A DNA stretch of 64,000 bases from Dehalococcoidia bacterium. GTDB taxonomy: Bacteria; Chloroflexota; Dehalococcoidia; Plut-88900. Of the stretch, positions 28,702 through 38,398 are shown piece after piece. Position 1 is the stretch's first letter; the number at the start of each line of letters is the position of its first letter. The notes below the pieces were generated by a model that was given only the letters and a program-made list of their open reading frames with translations, was not told where the DNA came from and did no database searches. The stretch lies in assembly GCA_965197645.1 (NCBI GenBank), contig OZ240219.1:640001-704000 (forward strand). The letters run 5' to 3'. Both the position numbers and the translations under genes were made by a program.

Positions 28702-29511
28702 CTACTTCTGGCAGCCCCGGCAGTAGTTGGTCAGGCGCTGATTGGGCTGCACCTGGGAGATATTGGAGCCGCACACCGGGCACTGCTCTTTTCCCTTACC
28801 GTGCACCTTCAAGAAGTCTCGTATCTTCACGTCTATGCGGCCGTTCATCCTCTGCCCCACTATCTCCGTGGCCTCCAGCAGCACGGTATGGACGCTCTTG
28901 TACAGCGCGTCCACCTCGGGCTTGGACAGGGATGTCCTCTTGCGAAAGGGATAGATGCCGGCATCGAACAGGATCTCATCTGCGTAGGCGTTGCCGATGC
29001 CGGCGAGGAAGGTGTCGTTGACCAGGATGTTCTTGACCTGGCCCGGGTGCCTCTTGAGCCGCTTCTCGAATACCTCCAGACTCACCTCTTCGTCCAGCGC
29101 CTCGGGGCCCATCTCGGTGAACCTGGGTACCATATCCAGCTGGTCTCGAGGCACCAGATACACCTTGCCCATCACTTTGCTATCGAAGTAGCGGAGCTGT
29201 TTGCCGTTGCTGAGGGCCAGCACGAAACAGGTCTTGGCCAGTCTCTTCTCACCGGGGTCGACGTACTGGAGCCGGCCCGTCAGCATGGGGTTGACGGCCA
29301 GTACGTGACCGGACTTGAAGCTGAACAGCAGGAACTTGCCCCGTCGCCTGACTCCGGTGAAGGTGTCGCCTCGAAGCGTCTCGGAGAACTGATCGAAAGT
29401 AGGCATGCGGATGACCAGCGGTTGCTTGCCTTCCACCTCTTCCACCGCCACTCCCGATAGCTCTTTGTCCAGAAAGAGCTGTATGTTGTGAAGATCGGGT
29501 AGCTCCGGCAT
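28702..29511 (-). CDS. Fpg/Nei family DNA glycosylase / AP lyase
   Basis: MPELPD N-terminus, RRGKFL, H2TH GIGNAYADEIL, C-terminal zinc finger CPVC..CRGCQ. Confidence 0.92.
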   Translation of the reverse strand: MPELPDLHNIQLFLDKELSGVAVEEVEGKQPLVIRMPTFDQFSETLRGDTFTGVRRRGKFLLFSFKSGHVLAVNPMLTGRLQYVDPGEKRLAKTCFVLALSNGKQLRYFDSKVMGKVYLVPRDQLDMVPRFTEMGPEALDEEVSLEVFEKRLKRHPGQVKNILVNDTFLAGIGNAYADEILFDAGIYPFRKRTSLSKPEVDALYKSVHTVLLEATEIVGQRMNGRIDVKIRDFLKVHGKGKEQCPVCGSNISQVQPNQRLTNYCRGCQK

Positions 29512-29633
29512 CCCGGCTTCCTCCAAGTGGCATTATACTCTTTACCGGGACTCGACCTTCCGGTTGACACCCCAACTAGGCGGTGGGACAATTTAGGCCG
29601 CTTTCCAGGGCTGTAACCTCCATTCCAGACGCT

Positions 29634-30806
29634 ATGCAATCCGCCCTATCCGATATAAGGATCGTAGACCTGGCTACCGATATAGCCGGCTCCTACGCCT
29701 GCATGCTTCTCGGCGACATGGGCGCCGACGTGGTCAAAGTCGAGCTGGCCGGCTCCCCCAACTGGCGAGGCGACCTTCCCTTCCACCTGTGGAACAGGGG
29801 TAAGAAGAGCCTGGGCCTCGACCTGGAAAGGGAGGGCGCCCGTGAGGTCCTGGAAAAGCTGGTCCGCCAATCGGATGTGCTGGTGGAGAGCTTCCTACCC
29901 TCCCAGGCCAAAGCCGCAGTGCTGGACTATGAATCGGTCAGTCGCCTGAACCCCCGGCTGCTCTACTGCGCCATGCCTCCTTTCGGCGAGGAGGGCCCCC
30001 TGAGCGACAAGCCCGCCGACGATGGGGTCGTGGCCGCCTTCGCAGCGATAATGGGCGACCAGACCGGCCCGGACCAACCCCCGGCCTTCATCACCATACC
30101 CGCCTCCAGCTACAGCGCCTCCATCCTGGCCTGCTACGCCATCTGCTCGGCCCTGTACGTAAGGGAGGTGGAGGGAATAGGGCAGAAGATCGAGGTGCCG
30201 CTGCTGAACGGCGCCCTCACCGTGCAGGGCCACCACTTCATCCACGCACCGGACATGACCCGGGAGACGGAAACCCAAGGCGATCAGCAGGGCACCGTCC
30301 CCGCTTACCGGCTCTACGAGTGCAGCGATGGCAAATGGATGTTCATTGGCTGCGGCAACACGGCTTTCTGGACCCGGCTGTGCAATGTCCTGGGGTTGGA
30401 GAGGTACCTGTCCGAACCTCGATACGAGAACGCTCCCTGGGTCTTCGAGGAACAGGACAGGCTGGATATCATCGCACAGCTGACGCCGATCATCGCCCGA
30501 CACCCTCAGGAGTACTGGCTGGACCTGTTCGACAAAGAGGATATCCCCTGCGCTCCCGCCGACACTCGGCACGACTACGCCGCCGATCCCCAGGTGCTCC
30601 ACAACGGCATGATAGTGGACATGGATGATCCGATGCTGGGCAACACCCGGCAGATGGGCTTGCCCGTGGCCATGACCCTTACGCCGGGAGATACCAACAC
30701 GCCGGCATCAATGAACGGTGAGCACGCCGATGGGATACTGGAATCGCTGGGCTACGACGGCCCGGCCCGGGAGGAGCTGAAGAAGAGCGGGGCGCTGACA
30801 TGCTGA
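29634..30806 (+). CDS. family III CoA-transferase subunit lacking the catalytic Asp
   Basis: IAGSYA..MGADVVKVE, WNRGKKS; the Asp position reads PASSYSAS. Confidence 0.88.
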   Translation: MQSALSDIRIVDLATDIAGSYACMLLGDMGADVVKVELAGSPNWRGDLPFHLWNRGKKSLGLDLEREGAREVLEKLVRQSDVLVESFLPSQAKAAVLDYESVSRLNPRLLYCAMPPFGEEGPLSDKPADDGVVAAFAAIMGDQTGPDQPPAFITIPASSYSASILACYAICSALYVREVEGIGQKIEVPLLNGALTVQGHHFIHAPDMTRETETQGDQQGTVPAYRLYECSDGKWMFIGCGNTAFWTRLCNVLGLERYLSEPRYENAPWVFEEQDRLDIIAQLTPIIARHPQEYWLDLFDKEDIPCAPADTRHDYAADPQVLHNGMIVDMDDPMLGNTRQMGLPVAMTLTPGDTNTPASMNGEHADGILESLGYDGPAREELKKSGALTC

Positions 30807-31966
30807 CCCACGCTCTACAGAACGTCAAGGTCGTAGACCTTTCCAGCTACATAGCCGGGGCCTACTGCCCGACTCTGCTGGCCGACCTCGGCGCAGATGT
30901 CATCAAGTTCGAATCGCCCATGGGAGACCCCTTTCGGGCCAACGGCCCTCCATTCCACGTGTGGAACCGCGGCAAGAGGGGGCTGGTCGTTGACCTGCGC
31001 AAGGACGAGGGTAAGGAGGTCCTCTACCGGCTGGTCAAGGACGCCGACGTGGTGGTGGAGAACTACCGGCCCGGCGTGGCCGCCAAGCTGGGCGCCGACT
31101 ACGATACCCTGAAGAAGATCAACCCATCGCTGGTCTACTGCTCCATCTCCGGCTACGGCCAGACCGGGCCCTACAGCAAGAAGCCCGGCTTCGATCCGCT
31201 GCTCCAAGCCCGAAGCGGCGCCATGACCTATCAGGGCGGCCCCGACAATCCTCCCGTGTTCCTCGCCGTCGCCATCTCCGATTACGGCGGCGCCATGCTG
31301 GGAGCGTGGGCCGTGGCCATGGCCCTGTTCGCTCGAGCGCGGACTGGTCGGGGGCAGTGGGTGCAGACCTCCCTGGCAAACTCCGCCATGTCCATGCAGT
31401 CGGACAGGTTCATTCTTCCAAAAGGGGAGACCAACCACAACGATCCGGGCCACCCCCAGGGCCCCACACCCACCTATCGCGCCTACAAGACAGCTGATAG
31501 TTGGCTCTTCATAGGCGTCACTACCGACGACCAGTGGCACAAGCTCGCCAAGGCCCTGGGCAGGGATGACCTAGCCCGCGACGAGAGGTTCGGTTCCGGC
31601 GAAAAACGACAGGTCGCCGATGCGGAGCTGCATGCCATACTGGCAGAGATATTCGCTGCCAACGGCTCGGACCACTGGCTGAAGCTGCTGGAGGCCGAAG
31701 GTGTCCCCTGCTCCAGGGTGAACTACTTCGACAATGATCTGATGCATCACCCCCAGGTCCTGCAGAACGGTCTGCTCGCACAGCATCGTTCCAGGGACAT
31801 CGGTGAGATCGAGCAGATCGGCGTGCCCGTCAAGCTGAGCAAGACGCCGGGCATCGCCCAGCGGGCCGCCCCCGGCCACGGCGAGCACTCCGACGAGGTC
31901 CTGCTGGAAGCCGGCTACACCGCCGACGAGATCAGGTCTCTACGGGACGCCAAGGTGGTCTACTGA
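30800..31966 (+). CDS. family III CoA-transferase (CaiB/BaiF)
   Basis: IAGAYC..LGADVIK, ENYRPG, GYGQTGP, catalytic Asp in AISDYGG; overlaps the previous gene by 7 nt. Confidence 0.92.
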   Translation: MLTHALQNVKVVDLSSYIAGAYCPTLLADLGADVIKFESPMGDPFRANGPPFHVWNRGKRGLVVDLRKDEGKEVLYRLVKDADVVVENYRPGVAAKLGADYDTLKKINPSLVYCSISGYGQTGPYSKKPGFDPLLQARSGAMTYQGGPDNPPVFLAVAISDYGGAMLGAWAVAMALFARARTGRGQWVQTSLANSAMSMQSDRFILPKGETNHNDPGHPQGPTPTYRAYKTADSWLFIGVTTDDQWHKLAKALGRDDLARDERFGSGEKRQVADAELHAILAEIFAANGSDHWLKLLEAEGVPCSRVNYFDNDLMHHPQVLQNGLLAQHRSRDIGEIEQIGVPVKLSKTPGIAQRAAPGHGEHSDEVLLEAGYTADEIRSLRDAKVVY

Positions 31967-31985
31967 GAGCCGGAATCCAGGACAA

Positions 31986-32070
31986 CCCTCACCCCTAGCC
32001 CCTCTCCCTTGGCAAGGGAGAGGGGAACAGGAAAAGAGATTTGGGGGCACAGCCCCGTTGGACTCCCCAT
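31986..32070. repeat. REP-like hairpin module between convergent genes
   Basis: CCCTCACCCCTAGCCCCTCTCCCTTG-G-CAAGGGAGAGGGG hairpin, then a GGGGGCACA..GGACTCCC module also seen near 33900 and 46605. Confidence 0.65.
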
Positions 32071-32082
32071 CAAACAGGTCTC

Positions 32083-32892
32083 TCACTTGCTCAGCCAGTA
32101 CTCCGCAATGTCTATGCCCCGCATGAACTCCACGTTGGGGTGGGAGCGGGCGTACTTGATCAGCTTCTCCACTGCCAGCAACCGGCTGGGTCGACCGCTC
32201 ACCTGGGGGTGCAGGGTTACGGTCATGCACCGGCCATACTTGTAGATGCCGTCGAACTCCGCGGCATAGGTCTCGAACACACTGTCCGGGTCCTGCATGG
32301 CGGAGCGGACATCGGCGGCGGGCATGAAGGCGAAGTACCCGAAGTCGTCCAGCGCCCATTTGACGGGCACTTCCACCAGCTTCTTGCCGTCTATCTCGTG
32401 GATGTAGGGTGCATCGTCGTCCATCATGCTGGTGTCGTAGACGAAGCCATACTCGGTCAGCAGCCTTAGAGTGTTGGGGCTGGAATCGAACACCGGGGCG
32501 CGGTACCCCTTGGGCTTTTCACCGGTGATGTTCTCCAGCGCGGATATTCCCTTCTCCAGGTACCCGGTCTCGGTTTCCAGGTCCACCCCACCAAGAGGCT
32601 CGTGCATATAGCCGTGGTGCGCTACCTCGTGACCTCTCCGCACCAGATCCTCCACCATCTCCACGTGGGTTTCGGCGACGTAGCCGGGGACGTAGAAGCT
32701 GGCTTTGATATCGTATTCGTCCAGCAGGTTGAGAATGCGGGGGACGCCCCGTTTGGGCCCGTACTCTGCGAGGGTCATCACGCTGGGCCGGTCGGCAAAT
32801 TCGGGGTTTCGGCTCAGCCATGAGCTGACTCCGTCGATATCGAACCCCAGGCTTATGACGCACTGTGTGTCTCCGGGCCAGATTCCCGCCAT
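32083..32892 (-). CDS. polysaccharide deacetylase (CE4, PuuE/PgdA-like)
   Basis: GFDID, EYGP..GVPRIL, HHGYMHE, GYRAP, LDD, HPQ. Confidence 0.9.
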   Translation of the reverse strand: MAGIWPGDTQCVISLGFDIDGVSSWLSRNPEFADRPSVMTLAEYGPKRGVPRILNLLDEYDIKASFYVPGYVAETHVEMVEDLVRRGHEVAHHGYMHEPLGGVDLETETGYLEKGISALENITGEKPKGYRAPVFDSSPNTLRLLTEYGFVYDTSMMDDDAPYIHEIDGKKLVEVPVKWALDDFGYFAFMPAADVRSAMQDPDSVFETYAAEFDGIYKYGRCMTVTLHPQVSGRPSRLLAVEKLIKYARSHPNVEFMRGIDIAEYWLSK

Positions 32893-32893
32893 T

Positions 32894-33721
32894 TTATCCC
32901 TCCCCGTCGGGGTGTTCCTTGAGCCAGTGTTCGGCGATGTCCACCGCCCGCATGAACGCGGCGTTGGGGTGTCGCTTGATGTGCTGTATCGTGCGCTCCA
33001 GGCTTGCCAGGCGGCTGGGGTGGCCGGTGATCTGCGGGTGCATGGTCAGCACGAAGCACCTGCCCTCTCTGTACAGGCCATCGAACTCCGAGGTCCACGT
33101 CCTGGCCACGCTCGCGGGACTGCACATGGGCCCCCGGATGCCGGCGGCGGGCACGAACCCGAAGTAGGGAAAGTCGTCAAGCAGCCAGTGGATGGGAAGC
33201 TCGACGATATCACCGTCCTTGGTGTGCCAGATGTAGGGAGCGTCGTCGTCCATCAGGCTGCTATCGTAGAGGAACCCGTGTTCGGCCAATAACGGCCCCG
33301 TGTGCGGCGTCACGTCCCACGAGGGCGATCTGTACCCCCTGGGTCTCTGCCCGCTCAGTCCTTCGAGGATATCGATACCCTTCTCCAGCACCTCCCGCTC
33401 CTCAGTGGGACTGAGGCGGGCGGGGGGCTCGTGCATGTAGCCGTGGTGAGCGATCTCGTGACCCCCGGCTGCCAGCTCCCTGACCATGTCCGGGTGGGTC
33501 TCGGCGACGTAGGCCGGGATGAAGAAGCTGGCCTTGATTTCGTAGCTATCGAGAAGCTGGAGTATCCTGGGGAGCCCCGTTTTGGGCCCGTACTCCCCCA
33601 TGGTCATCAGCCCGGGCCGGTTGGCGAAATCGGGGTCCCTGCCGATCCACGAGCTCACCCCATCGACATCGAAGCCCAGGTTGACGGCGCATTGGATGTC
33701 ACCGGGCCACAGTCCAGCCAT
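32894..33721 (-). CDS. polysaccharide deacetylase (CE4, PuuE/PgdA-like), tandem paralog
   Basis: GFDVD, HHGYMHE, GYRSPSW, YDSSLMDDD, MHPQ. Confidence 0.9.
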   Translation of the reverse strand: MAGLWPGDIQCAVNLGFDVDGVSSWIGRDPDFANRPGLMTMGEYGPKTGLPRILQLLDSYEIKASFFIPAYVAETHPDMVRELAAGGHEIAHHGYMHEPPARLSPTEEREVLEKGIDILEGLSGQRPRGYRSPSWDVTPHTGPLLAEHGFLYDSSLMDDDAPYIWHTKDGDIVELPIHWLLDDFPYFGFVPAAGIRGPMCSPASVARTWTSEFDGLYREGRCFVLTMHPQITGHPSRLASLERTIQHIKRHPNAAFMRAVDIAEHWLKEHPDGEG

Positions 33722-33829
33722 GTTCGAGCACCTCCTCGAGGGATACGCTTGCCCGTAGTTTACACCCTTGCATATGAGCCTGTCTCACCGGGACGTGTTA
33801 GTCAAACTCTCCCGCGCTGGGCGGTCTTG

Positions 33830-34150
33830 TAGCTGGGGCACATCCACCCCACCCAGGTTAGTTTGCCCTCCCCCCACCCCGGGACGTTATAGATATTAGG
33901 GACACATTCCCCATGCCTCTTGCCAGAGGGAACCCCTCTGGACTCCCTGGATATGCGCAGCTGGAGATAGGTTCAGTGATCGCAACGATGACCACGGTCA
34001 GACTGAATCCATACTCTCGTCATTGCGAGCCTCGACAAAGTCGAGGAGTGGCAATCTAGCGAGGGCGGGTAGAGCTACCTTTCAAGAGGGCTAGGCTGTC
34101 TTCCAAGTGGGCGGGACTGAGGCATCCGTTGTTGTGAGAAAGGCCCATGT
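33830..34150. repeat. mosaic intergenic repeat including a family A copy (34017-34060, minus)
   Basis: TCGTCATTGCGAGCCTCGAC-AAA-GTCGAGGAGTGGCAATCTAGC plus GGGGCACAT and CCCCTCTGGACTCCC modules. Confidence 0.7.
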
Positions 34151-34161
34151 AGATGGAAACC

Positions 34162-34554
34162 CTACGTGTCCTGGCGGTTGGCGAAGGCGGAGATGGCATC
34201 GTAGATGCGGAGCATCTCTCTATCATCGGGTTCAGCCCAGTAGTAGGGCTTGATGGCCTCGCCGCCGAGGGCGGCCACCAGCTCCGAGTGGTCATCGATG
34301 CAGAAATCGGGCTCAACGGGAATCCTCAGGCGTCGCAGCCCGTTCCGGTAATCGTAAACCGGCTTCATGAAGCAGTCGGTGACGTACTGCCGGAGATCGT
34401 GCTTGTCGATCACGTCCCATCGCAGACCGACGCCGGACCAGATGTAGATCGTGTGGCCGTCGTCAATGAGCCGTTGAAAGACATCGTGGACGAAGGGTCT
34501 CAGCTTACCGTTCCAGGCGATGATGGTATCGTCGACGTCGAAAAATACGTTCAT
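34162..34554 (-). CDS. small HAD-superfamily protein
   Basis: FFDVDDT (DxD motif I), IWSG, KP, IDD; ATGA overlap with the prmC stop. Confidence 0.78.
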   Translation of the reverse strand: MNVFFDVDDTIIAWNGKLRPFVHDVFQRLIDDGHTIYIWSGVGLRWDVIDKHDLRQYVTDCFMKPVYDYRNGLRRLRIPVEPDFCIDDHSELVAALGGEAIKPYYWAEPDDREMLRIYDAISAFANRQDT

Positions 34555-35390
34555 CGGACTACCAGCACCCTTTCGATACCCGCCAGGTCCTTCACCAGCT
34601 CGACCTCCGATCCGGGAAATGCACTGCAAGCCAGATCTCGCACCCCATGGGCCTGGTCGTATCCTATCTCCATGAGAAAGGCACCGCTCGGCTTCAGCCG
34701 GTCCCGGACCTGGGGCAGCAGCCGTCGGATCACGTCCAGTCCATCGGCGCCGCCATCCAGGGCGACCCGGGGTTCGTGCTCTCGGATTTCGATGGGGAGC
34801 GACGACAGATCACGCCGGTTGACGTAGGGAGGGTTGGACACGATGACGTCCACCTGCTCCGGCACCGGCCGCAGTAGATCGCCCTGCAGCAGCCGCACCC
34901 GGTCCTCTACACCGTAGGCCCGGCAGTTTATCGCCGCGACCTCCAAGGCCTCGGTGGAGAGGTCGGTGGCGTAGATGGTGGCTGTGAGCAAGTGTCTGGC
35001 CAGCGAGACGGCCACCGCTCCGCTACCTGTCCCCACTTCGGCGATGAGGGGCCGCTCCAATGCGGAGGAGCTATCCAGCGCCAGCTCCACCAGGAGCTCG
35101 GTCTCGGGTCTGGGTATAAGCACCCTCGGATCGACGTGCATGTCCAGGCCGTAGAACTCCCGGTGATTGGTCAGGTAGGCCGTAGGCTCTCCCACCGTAC
35201 GACGTTCGACCATCTGGTCGTACTCGTCTTGCGCGTCGGCAGGGATAGGCTCGAGCAGGTCGGCGTAGAGCCGGGCCCGGCTCACCGACAGCAGATGGGC
35301 CAGCAGCACCTGGGCCTCCATTCGGGGGTCAGCTACTCCCTCACTGAGCAGCCGAGTTTCCGCACGATTGAGGGCATCGCGGACCGTCAT
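34551..35390 (-). CDS. prmC: release factor glutamine methyltransferase
   Basis: VLIPRPETE, VGTGSG, SNPPY, HEP..ALDGG; downstream of prfA. Confidence 0.96.
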   Translation of the reverse strand: MTVRDALNRAETRLLSEGVADPRMEAQVLLAHLLSVSRARLYADLLEPIPADAQDEYDQMVERRTVGEPTAYLTNHREFYGLDMHVDPRVLIPRPETELLVELALDSSSALERPLIAEVGTGSGAVAVSLARHLLTATIYATDLSTEALEVAAINCRAYGVEDRVRLLQGDLLRPVPEQVDVIVSNPPYVNRRDLSSLPIEIREHEPRVALDGGADGLDVIRRLLPQVRDRLKPSGAFLMEIGYDQAHGVRDLACSAFPGSEVELVKDLAGIERVLVVR

Positions 35391-36469
35391 GCAGCCCCAC
35401 CGGCGTGTACCTTCTGCAGGTTCTGCTCGCGCTCGTAGGCCGCCAAGGCGTCTACCATCCCGTTCATCTCTCCCTCCATCATGATCGACAGGCTATGGAG
35501 GGTCAGTCCGATACGGTGGTCTGTAACCCGGTCCTGGGGATAGTTGTAGGTGCGGACCTTTTCCGCCCTGTCCCCGGTCCCCACCTGGGAGCGGCGGGCC
35601 TCGGTGATCTCCTCCTGCTGCTTCCGGTGCTCGATGTCGTACAGGCGGGCACGGAGCACCGCCATGGCCTTGGCCTTGTTCTTCATCTGGGAACGCTCGT
35701 CCTGGCAGACGGCCACGATGTTGGTGGGCAGGTGAGTGATGCGGACGGCTGTCGCCACCTTGTTAACGTTCTGGCCGCCGTGGCCCCCGGCATGAAAGAT
35801 ATCTATCTTCAGATCGGATGGGTTGATATCAACCTCCACGTTCTCCACCTCGGACATCACGGCCACGGTCACAGTGGAGGTGTGGATGCGGCCGCTGGCC
35901 TCGGTAACGGGGACCCGTTGTACCCTGTGGACGCCGCTTTCATACTTGAACTTGCCGAAGGCGCCTCTCCCCCTGACCCCGAACACGATCTCCTTGAACC
36001 CCCCGATCCCGATCTGGTTGGTATTGATGACATCGACCCGGAACTTGTTGGTTTGTGCGTACCGAGAGTACATGCGATACAGGTCGGCGGCGAAGAGGGC
36101 CGCTTCGTCACCGCCGGCGCCCGCCCGTATCTCCATGATCACGTCCTTCTCGTCCCGGGGGTCCCTGGCTATTAAGGCCTCTTCGATCTCCGACTCCAGC
36201 CGGTCTCGCCGTCTCTCCAGCGCCTCGATCTCCAATTGAACGAGGTCTTTCATCTCATCGTCCAACCCGTCTTCTAGCAGGGTCCTGGTCTCTTCCAGCT
36301 CCGTGGCCGCGCCCTTGTAGTCCCGGTACTTGGTCACTACCTCGTCGATGGAGGCGCGCTCTTTGGCCAGCTTCTGCAGCTCGTCGGGATTGGTGGAGAC
36401 CTTGGGATCGGCCATGAGCCGGTCCAGCTCTCGGTACCGTTCCTCTACGTTCGCCAGCTGCTCAAACAT
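35387..36469 (-). CDS. prfA: peptide chain release factor 1
   Basis: EIRAGAGG, ESGVHRVQRVPVTE (PxT), GGQNVNK, RTYNYPQ. Confidence 0.97.
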   Translation of the reverse strand: MFEQLANVEERYRELDRLMADPKVSTNPDELQKLAKERASIDEVVTKYRDYKGAATELEETRTLLEDGLDDEMKDLVQLEIEALERRRDRLESEIEEALIARDPRDEKDVIMEIRAGAGGDEAALFAADLYRMYSRYAQTNKFRVDVINTNQIGIGGFKEIVFGVRGRGAFGKFKYESGVHRVQRVPVTEASGRIHTSTVTVAVMSEVENVEVDINPSDLKIDIFHAGGHGGQNVNKVATAVRITHLPTNIVAVCQDERSQMKNKAKAMAVLRARLYDIEHRKQQEEITEARRSQVGTGDRAEKVRTYNYPQDRVTDHRIGLTLHSLSIMMEGEMNGMVDALAAYEREQNLQKVHAGGAA

Positions 36470-36562
36470 CTTTTTGTTCCGACTCAGCTACGTGGTTCAA
36501 CGGTGTATCGCTCGTGACTATGAAGTCCTGTACCATCGGAATGCTCTTTCAGCTGCATTCAA

Positions 36563-36592
36563 TAGAAAGCCCCCGACATTCGGGGGTCTCTT
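36563..36592 (-). terminator. putative terminator after hisS
   Basis: CCCCCGA-ATG-TCGGGGG hairpin followed by CTTTCT on the minus strand. Confidence 0.55.
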
Positions 36593-36625
36593 GACCTGGA
36601 TTATATCAAAAGCGTCACAGCCTCT

Positions 36626-37888
36626 TCAAAGCTTTAGCTTGACCAGTTCCTCCACCACCGATTCTCTGGGCACCTCCCTCTGCTCGCCCTGGGCCATGTC
36701 TCGCAGCACGGCGACACCCTTTGCCATCTCCTGTTCGCCCAGGATCACCACGTAGGGAATGCCCATATTCCCGGCCTGCCTGAGCTGTGCCCGAAGGCCC
36801 TTGCCGGCCGGCGCCATCTGGGCGCCCACACCTTCCCTGATCAGGGTAGAGGACAGCTTGATCGCTTCGGCCTTACCCTCGTCGCCGACGTAGGCCACGA
36901 AGACTGCCGGGCCGGGAATCGGAGGCGGTTCGATGTTTTGCTGCTTGAGACTGAGGATCACCCGCTCTATCCCGATGGCGAAGCCCACGCCGGGCGTGGG
37001 CCGGCCTCCCAGCTCCTCGATCAAGCCGTCGTAGCGCCCCCCACCCCCCAGCGCGTTCTGCGCTTTATCCTCTCCGGTCTGCACCTCGTACACGGTACGG
37101 GTATAGTAGTCCAAGCCACGCACCAGCCGGTGGTCCAGGGTGAAGGGCACCTCCATCAGGCGCAGGAACTTGGTCAGCTGCTGGAAGTGGTCCCGGCAGT
37201 CGTCGCAAAGGTAATCCACGCTACGGGGGGCGCCATCGATTAACGGCTGGCAGCTTTCCATCTTGCAGTCCAGCAGGCGAAGGACGTTTCTCTCCAGGCG
37301 TCCCTTGCATTCCCGGCACAGCTCGTCGACGTGTTGGGAGTAGTACTCGTTAAGTGCCTGCAAGTAACCGGGTCTGCAGTTCTGGTCACCGATGCTGTTC
37401 AGCAGGATCGAAAGGTGCTTCAGTCCGAGCTCTTGGAAAAGCCGCCAACTCACCCCGATAACCTCGGCGTCGACGGTCGGGTTGGGGTCGCCTATCGCTT
37501 CGACGTTGAGCTGGTGGAACTGCCGCAACCGTCCCACCTGGGGCCTGGAGTAGCGGAACATGGGTGCGGCGACAGAGTACAATCGCACCGGCTGGGGCTG
37601 ATTGTGGAGACCGTGCTCCAGGTAGGCTCGACATGCCGCCGCCGTCTCTTCCGGTCGGAGGGTGAGGGTATCGCCCCCCTTGTCGGTGATGGTGTACATC
37701 TCCTTCTCTACGATGTCGGTCACTTCACCGACGCCGCGCACGAACAGCCCGTAGTTCTCGATTATCGGCGTATCGATGCGGCCGTATCCATAGCGGTGGC
37801 ACAGGGAGACCGCCGACTGCTCGAAGTATCGCCAGTAGGCCTGTTCCCCAGGCAGTATGTCCGCCGTTCCTCTTACAGCTTTATACAT
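36626..37888 (-). CDS. hisS: histidine--tRNA ligase
   Basis: KEMY, LRPEETA, RQFHQ, LVRGLDYYT, GGGRYD, GFAIGIER. Confidence 0.97.
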   Translation of the reverse strand: MYKAVRGTADILPGEQAYWRYFEQSAVSLCHRYGYGRIDTPIIENYGLFVRGVGEVTDIVEKEMYTITDKGGDTLTLRPEETAAACRAYLEHGLHNQPQPVRLYSVAAPMFRYSRPQVGRLRQFHQLNVEAIGDPNPTVDAEVIGVSWRLFQELGLKHLSILLNSIGDQNCRPGYLQALNEYYSQHVDELCRECKGRLERNVLRLLDCKMESCQPLIDGAPRSVDYLCDDCRDHFQQLTKFLRLMEVPFTLDHRLVRGLDYYTRTVYEVQTGEDKAQNALGGGGRYDGLIEELGGRPTPGVGFAIGIERVILSLKQQNIEPPPIPGPAVFVAYVGDEGKAEAIKLSSTLIREGVGAQMAPAGKGLRAQLRQAGNMGIPYVVILGEQEMAKGVAVLRDMAQGEQREVPRESVVEELVKLKL

Positions 37889-38098
37889 AACGGATGCTCC
37901 TCAAACCACGGGCTAGAATACAACCGCGCACGGCAACCGACAAGGCCGATTTTATCTTCTGACGAAATGTGTTAGAATATCGTTGACTCCGAGACCGAGT
38001 TGAAGGGAATTTCCGCTGACGTGTCAAGGTATATGCCGAGGACTAATGCGGTGCCTGTCGGGACTGAGGAGAAATTTTAGTGCTAGGAGAAGCACCGC

Positions 38099-38341
38099 AT
38101 GAACATCTACGTAGGCAACCTCGCTTATGAGGTAAACGACGACGACCTGAACGCAGCCTTTGCCGAATACGGCGAGGTCTCTTCGGCCAGGGTCATCACA
38201 GACCGGTACTCAGGCCGTTCCCGCGGGTTCGGTTTCGTCGAGATGGCCAACAACGACGAGGCCCAGGCGGCCATCAGCGCCGTCAACGGCAAAGACCTAA
38301 AAGGCCGGCCGGTGAACGTAAACGAAGCTCGGCCCCGCTAG
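38099..38341 (+). CDS. RRM RNA-binding protein
   Basis: RNP2 IYVGNL and RNP1 RGFGFVEM; VNEARPR. Confidence 0.95.
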   Translation: MNIYVGNLAYEVNDDDLNAAFAEYGEVSSARVITDRYSGRSRGFGFVEMANNDEAQAAISAVNGKDLKGRPVNVNEARPR

Positions 38342-38398
38342 GGCCCCGCTCTCCCAACAACACCGATTAAGGCCATCCCCGGCGTTCTTCTAGCCCCG

